Shown piece by piece: positions 28,115 to 30,713 of a stretch of 30,713 nt of DNA. The DNA is from an uncultured archaeon (GTDB lineage Archaea; Asgardarchaeota; Thorarchaeia; Thorarchaeales; Thorarchaeaceae), in assembly GCA_964610875.1 (NCBI GenBank), contig CAZSWP010000044.1, positions 1-30,713 of the forward strand, in the 5' to 3' direction. The stretch's first letter is position 1. Each line of letters opens with the position of its first letter. A model generated the notes under the pieces. The model saw only the letters and a program-made list of their open reading frames with translations. It was not told where the DNA came from and searched no databases. Both the position numbers and the translations under genes were made by a program.

Positions 28115-28825
28115 GTGATTGTTCCAGAAATAGCAATTCCTTCAATGAATGACTACTTCCTGGCATTTTTGACATTGTTAGCAGTCTTCTTTACCATAGG
28201 TCTATCTCACTATTCAAAAAAACAAGGAAAACCCAGCTGGTTCTCAAGAAAAATCATTCATGTTGGTATTAGTACAGTTATTGCATTGACTCTTCATCTC
28301 TATTCTAGTTTTTCAGGGCCATTGCTTGTGATTGGAACTTTTTTGTTGGCTCTGTTGGTTGGAAAATTAATGTTTGGAAATCCTGCTATTGCACTCATAA
28401 AGACAGCTTCACGTGAGAATGGTACAAAAAAGGGGACATTATTTGCTGGAGTCTTAGCGATTTTGGCGTACTCGTTCGTATTCCTCGCATTTCCAAACAA
28501 CCCAGAAGTGTTCTCTAGCGCTATCCTCATCGTTGCATGGGGAGATGGAGCTGGCGAATTGATTGGTCGACCTTTTGGAAACCATCATTATCATATCTGG
28601 AATACTGAAAGATCAATAGAAGGAAGCGTAGCTGTATGTATTTTCAGTTTTCTGGCTCTCCTGATCACCCAGATTGTGTTTTCTATCATGTTAACTGTCT
28701 ATTTATTCATAGTAGTAGCAATTATAGCAATCACTGTCACCCTTATAGAGGCATTCAGTGTTTCATGGAGTGATAACTTCTTGATTCCTATAGCAGTAGG
28801 ACTACTATTCCTCATACTAATTTGA
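28115..28825 (+). CDS. Dolichol/phytol kinase-like membrane protein
   Basis: SRKIIH, WGDGAGELIG..FG, RSIEGS, DNFLIP. Confidence 0.85.
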   Translation: MIVPEIAIPSMNDYFLAFLTLLAVFFTIGLSHYSKKQGKPSWFSRKIIHVGISTVIALTLHLYSSFSGPLLVIGTFLLALLVGKLMFGNPAIALIKTASRENGTKKGTLFAGVLAILAYSFVFLAFPNNPEVFSSAILIVAWGDGAGELIGRPFGNHHYHIWNTERSIEGSVAVCIFSFLALLITQIVFSIMLTVYLFIVVAIIAITVTLIEAFSVSWSDNFLIPIAVGLLFLILI

Positions 28826-28860
28826 GATATAATCACGAGCACAAAGTAAGGTGAAGTTGC

Positions 28861-29385
28861 CTAATCTCGTTTTTTCCGCCAATGTGAATGGGGATAATGA
28901 TACATGTAGTCAATTTCGACTTCCCATTCAGTCCTGCATGTTCTACATCTAACAATGATTATGTCAGTAGTCCAACCTTCGTCATATTCGCGTTGTGCTT
29001 CTCCGATCTTCTCAAGGTCGTCCATATATGGGGGTACATTGTACCTAGAATCCTGATAGACATTACAGTTGCACTTAGCTCCTGCACGAGCATTTTGCAG
29101 GAGTGCCATGAGATACTCGTATTCATTATAGTATGTATTTTTCCACCTATCACGAAGCTGTTCAAGAGCATCGATAATTGTGTGATCACGTAGTCGGGCA
29201 AGCTCAAAGTACGCGGTCTTGATAAGTTTCGGACGGGATTCATAATCAAAAGTTGTGATAATCCATTTATAGAAATCAAGAAGTAAATCATGCTCACGAT
29301 TACGAATTGATTGGAAGAATTCTGATGGCTCGAAGTCATTCTCAAGTATCATTCTATGTATTTCTTCTCTCAATGATTCTTCCAT
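28861..29385 (-). CDS. Hypothetical protein with Cys motifs
   Basis: MEESLREE start; CNC and CRTC..W motifs. Confidence 0.65.
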   Translation of the reverse strand: MEESLREEIHRMILENDFEPSEFFQSIRNREHDLLLDFYKWIITTFDYESRPKLIKTAYFELARLRDHTIIDALEQLRDRWKNTYYNEYEYLMALLQNARAGAKCNCNVYQDSRYNVPPYMDDLEKIGEAQREYDEGWTTDIIIVRCRTCRTEWEVEIDYMYHYPHSHWRKKRD

Positions 29386-29518
29386 ACTTTTGTTCTGTTG
29401 AATGTAGATGATAATCTTCCTGTGATGTTCAAAAAACAAGGAGGTTATGAAGAATAACTGAAAAAATTGATTCTTCATGCTTTCAAAGCTAAACTAAAGT
29501 TGACAGAACAGGTAAGCA

Positions 29519-29764
29519 CTAAGGTCTTCGTATTTCTCTCGCGACAATTACTCCATCAGAAGAGATTGATTTTGTTTTTGCAACAATGCTTTCTCCTCTT
29601 TCAAGTGTGTCGTATTTTGTGTAGGAATCAATCTTGATCCTTACATGTTCTTTTTCATCAGTTTCAAGTGTTATGTAGCCGTACTTAATATCCGAATTTG
29701 CATAGTTTGCAAGCTGAGTGGCTACAATGGTACCTTTTCTCTGCTGCATAATCATATCTTCCAT
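29519..29764 (-). CDS. Small hypothetical protein, paralogue of 12851-13096
   Basis: G.IV..Q...Y..G.IT..D.YT.YDTL..G..A..I shared. Confidence 0.75.
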   Translation of the reverse strand: MEDMIMQQRKGTIVATQLANYANSDIKYGYITLETDEKEHVRIKIDSYTKYDTLERGESIVAKTKSISSDGVIVAREIRRP

Positions 29765-29906
29765 CTACTACTATCATTCATAGAGATAAAAGTCTGTTCA
29801 TAGAACCGTATTTTTAATAAATGAGCATAATAAACTTAATTTAATAATATTGGGGAGAATGGATACCTTTCCAAAATAATTCGCATTGGCAAGAAGATAT
29901 GTTATA

Positions 29907-30451
29907 CTAGTCAGAAAGACTCATACCAATGCTTCTTGCTTTTTGTATCAGCTTGTAATCTCTCGATACTATTCCTTTCCTTGAGAAGCCAGTAGCAATA
30001 ATCGTGGAGAGATGGTTCATTCTTAGGTAAGGAAACACTTCCTCCACTATACCAACAGTATGACGTACAAATGTATCACCACGACCACCACTTACCACTA
30101 TCAGAATGACCTTTCGGTTTCTGAATAACAATCGGTCTGGTGCATACCAACGATTAACGAAAGCCTTGAATTGAGCAGTGGGACCTGACCAATAAACTGG
30201 TGTGCCAAGCACCCATATGGCATGTGAATTCATATGCTCAAGCAATTCATTCATGTCATCCTTTTGTATACACTCGGATTTTTTGCACATACGTTACATG
30301 CTTTACATGGATTGATTGTCATTTCTTCAATATAGAACTTCGTTGTTCTCAAACCTGCCTCTTGAGCACCTGCAAATACTTCATCAAAAAGGGAATAGGT
30401 ATTTCCGCCTCGTCGAGAACTTCCTACAATTCCTAGGACATTAATTTGCAA
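29907..30451 (-). pseudogene. Iron-sulfur flavoprotein/NADPH-dependent FMN reductase family, frameshifted
   Basis: GIVGSSRRGGNT, CKACNVC | KSECIQKDDM, GTPVYW; one base short at the A6 run 30279-30284. Confidence 0.85.
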
Positions 30452-30650
30452 ATGCTTTTACTAATCTTACAGCATCATCACTGGTTCTTATCGACATAAC
30501 TGGATTCTCTGATTCATACTTCTGTAGATGTGCTTTATTTCTCATGCTCATCTCATAGTACCAGTTTCCATCGTCCACATGATAGGGACGTATGACCAGG
30601 CGCTCTGTAGCAATTAGGGAAGGGATAGTAAATTTCATTCGGAACACCAC
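30441..30650 (-). pseudogene. N-terminal fragment of a RimJ/RimL-type GNAT acetyltransferase
   Basis: TERLVIRPY...D motif; stops after ~65 aa. Confidence 0.7.
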
Positions 30651-30659
30651 TTCTATACG

Positions 30660-30713
30660 GGTCGCGAACAGATACTAATAATCAGGACAAACCTTGACAT
30701 TGTTGTGTAGGTG
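30660..30713 (+). mobile_element. IS607-like element copy C (left end only, cut by window end)
   Basis: Identical to 5908-5961. Confidence 0.85.

Noticed and set aside
30279-30284. Programmed frameshift
   Set aside because: Not known for this family; surrounding decay or a homopolymer error explains it.

Overview
Archaeal DNA, probably Asgard/Thorarchaeota-like (inferred from two TFB paralogues, archaeal TA families and a giant beta-helix surface protein). (1) Main signal: an array of toxin-antitoxin (TA) operons (Doc, VapC, RelE, VapC at 210-3316; two more PIN operons plus a Doc relic at 21835-23434) punctuated by seven copies of one non-coding repeat. The copies share a 3' part and are variably 5'-truncated. 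The two long copies (3323-3555 +, 21490-21756 -) start with a decayed 16S rRNA 3' end (1492 region, helix 45, anti-SD) followed by a structured trailer and U-rich tract. The cassettes therefore look stacked behind a 16S gene, each tagged with a piece of rRNA tail. (2) Both 16S fragments carry a 31-32 nt insert that folds as a canonical bulge-helix-bulge intron. Its removal restores exactly ...GGATGGA|TCACCTCCT. (3) A 190-bp IS607-like non-autonomous element occurs three times. Two inverted copies bracket an 18.5-kb inversion that splits a 642-aa alpha/beta-hydrolase gene. Reversing it rejoins the gene and puts all seven rRNA-tail repeats in one co-oriented ~9-kb array. The rest is ordinary accessory or housekeeping content (tsaA, tfb x2, MFS, pncB-pncA, ferritin-like protein, SSB, DUF116, etc.) plus several fused gene fragments. 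All calls are by eye, with no database searches.
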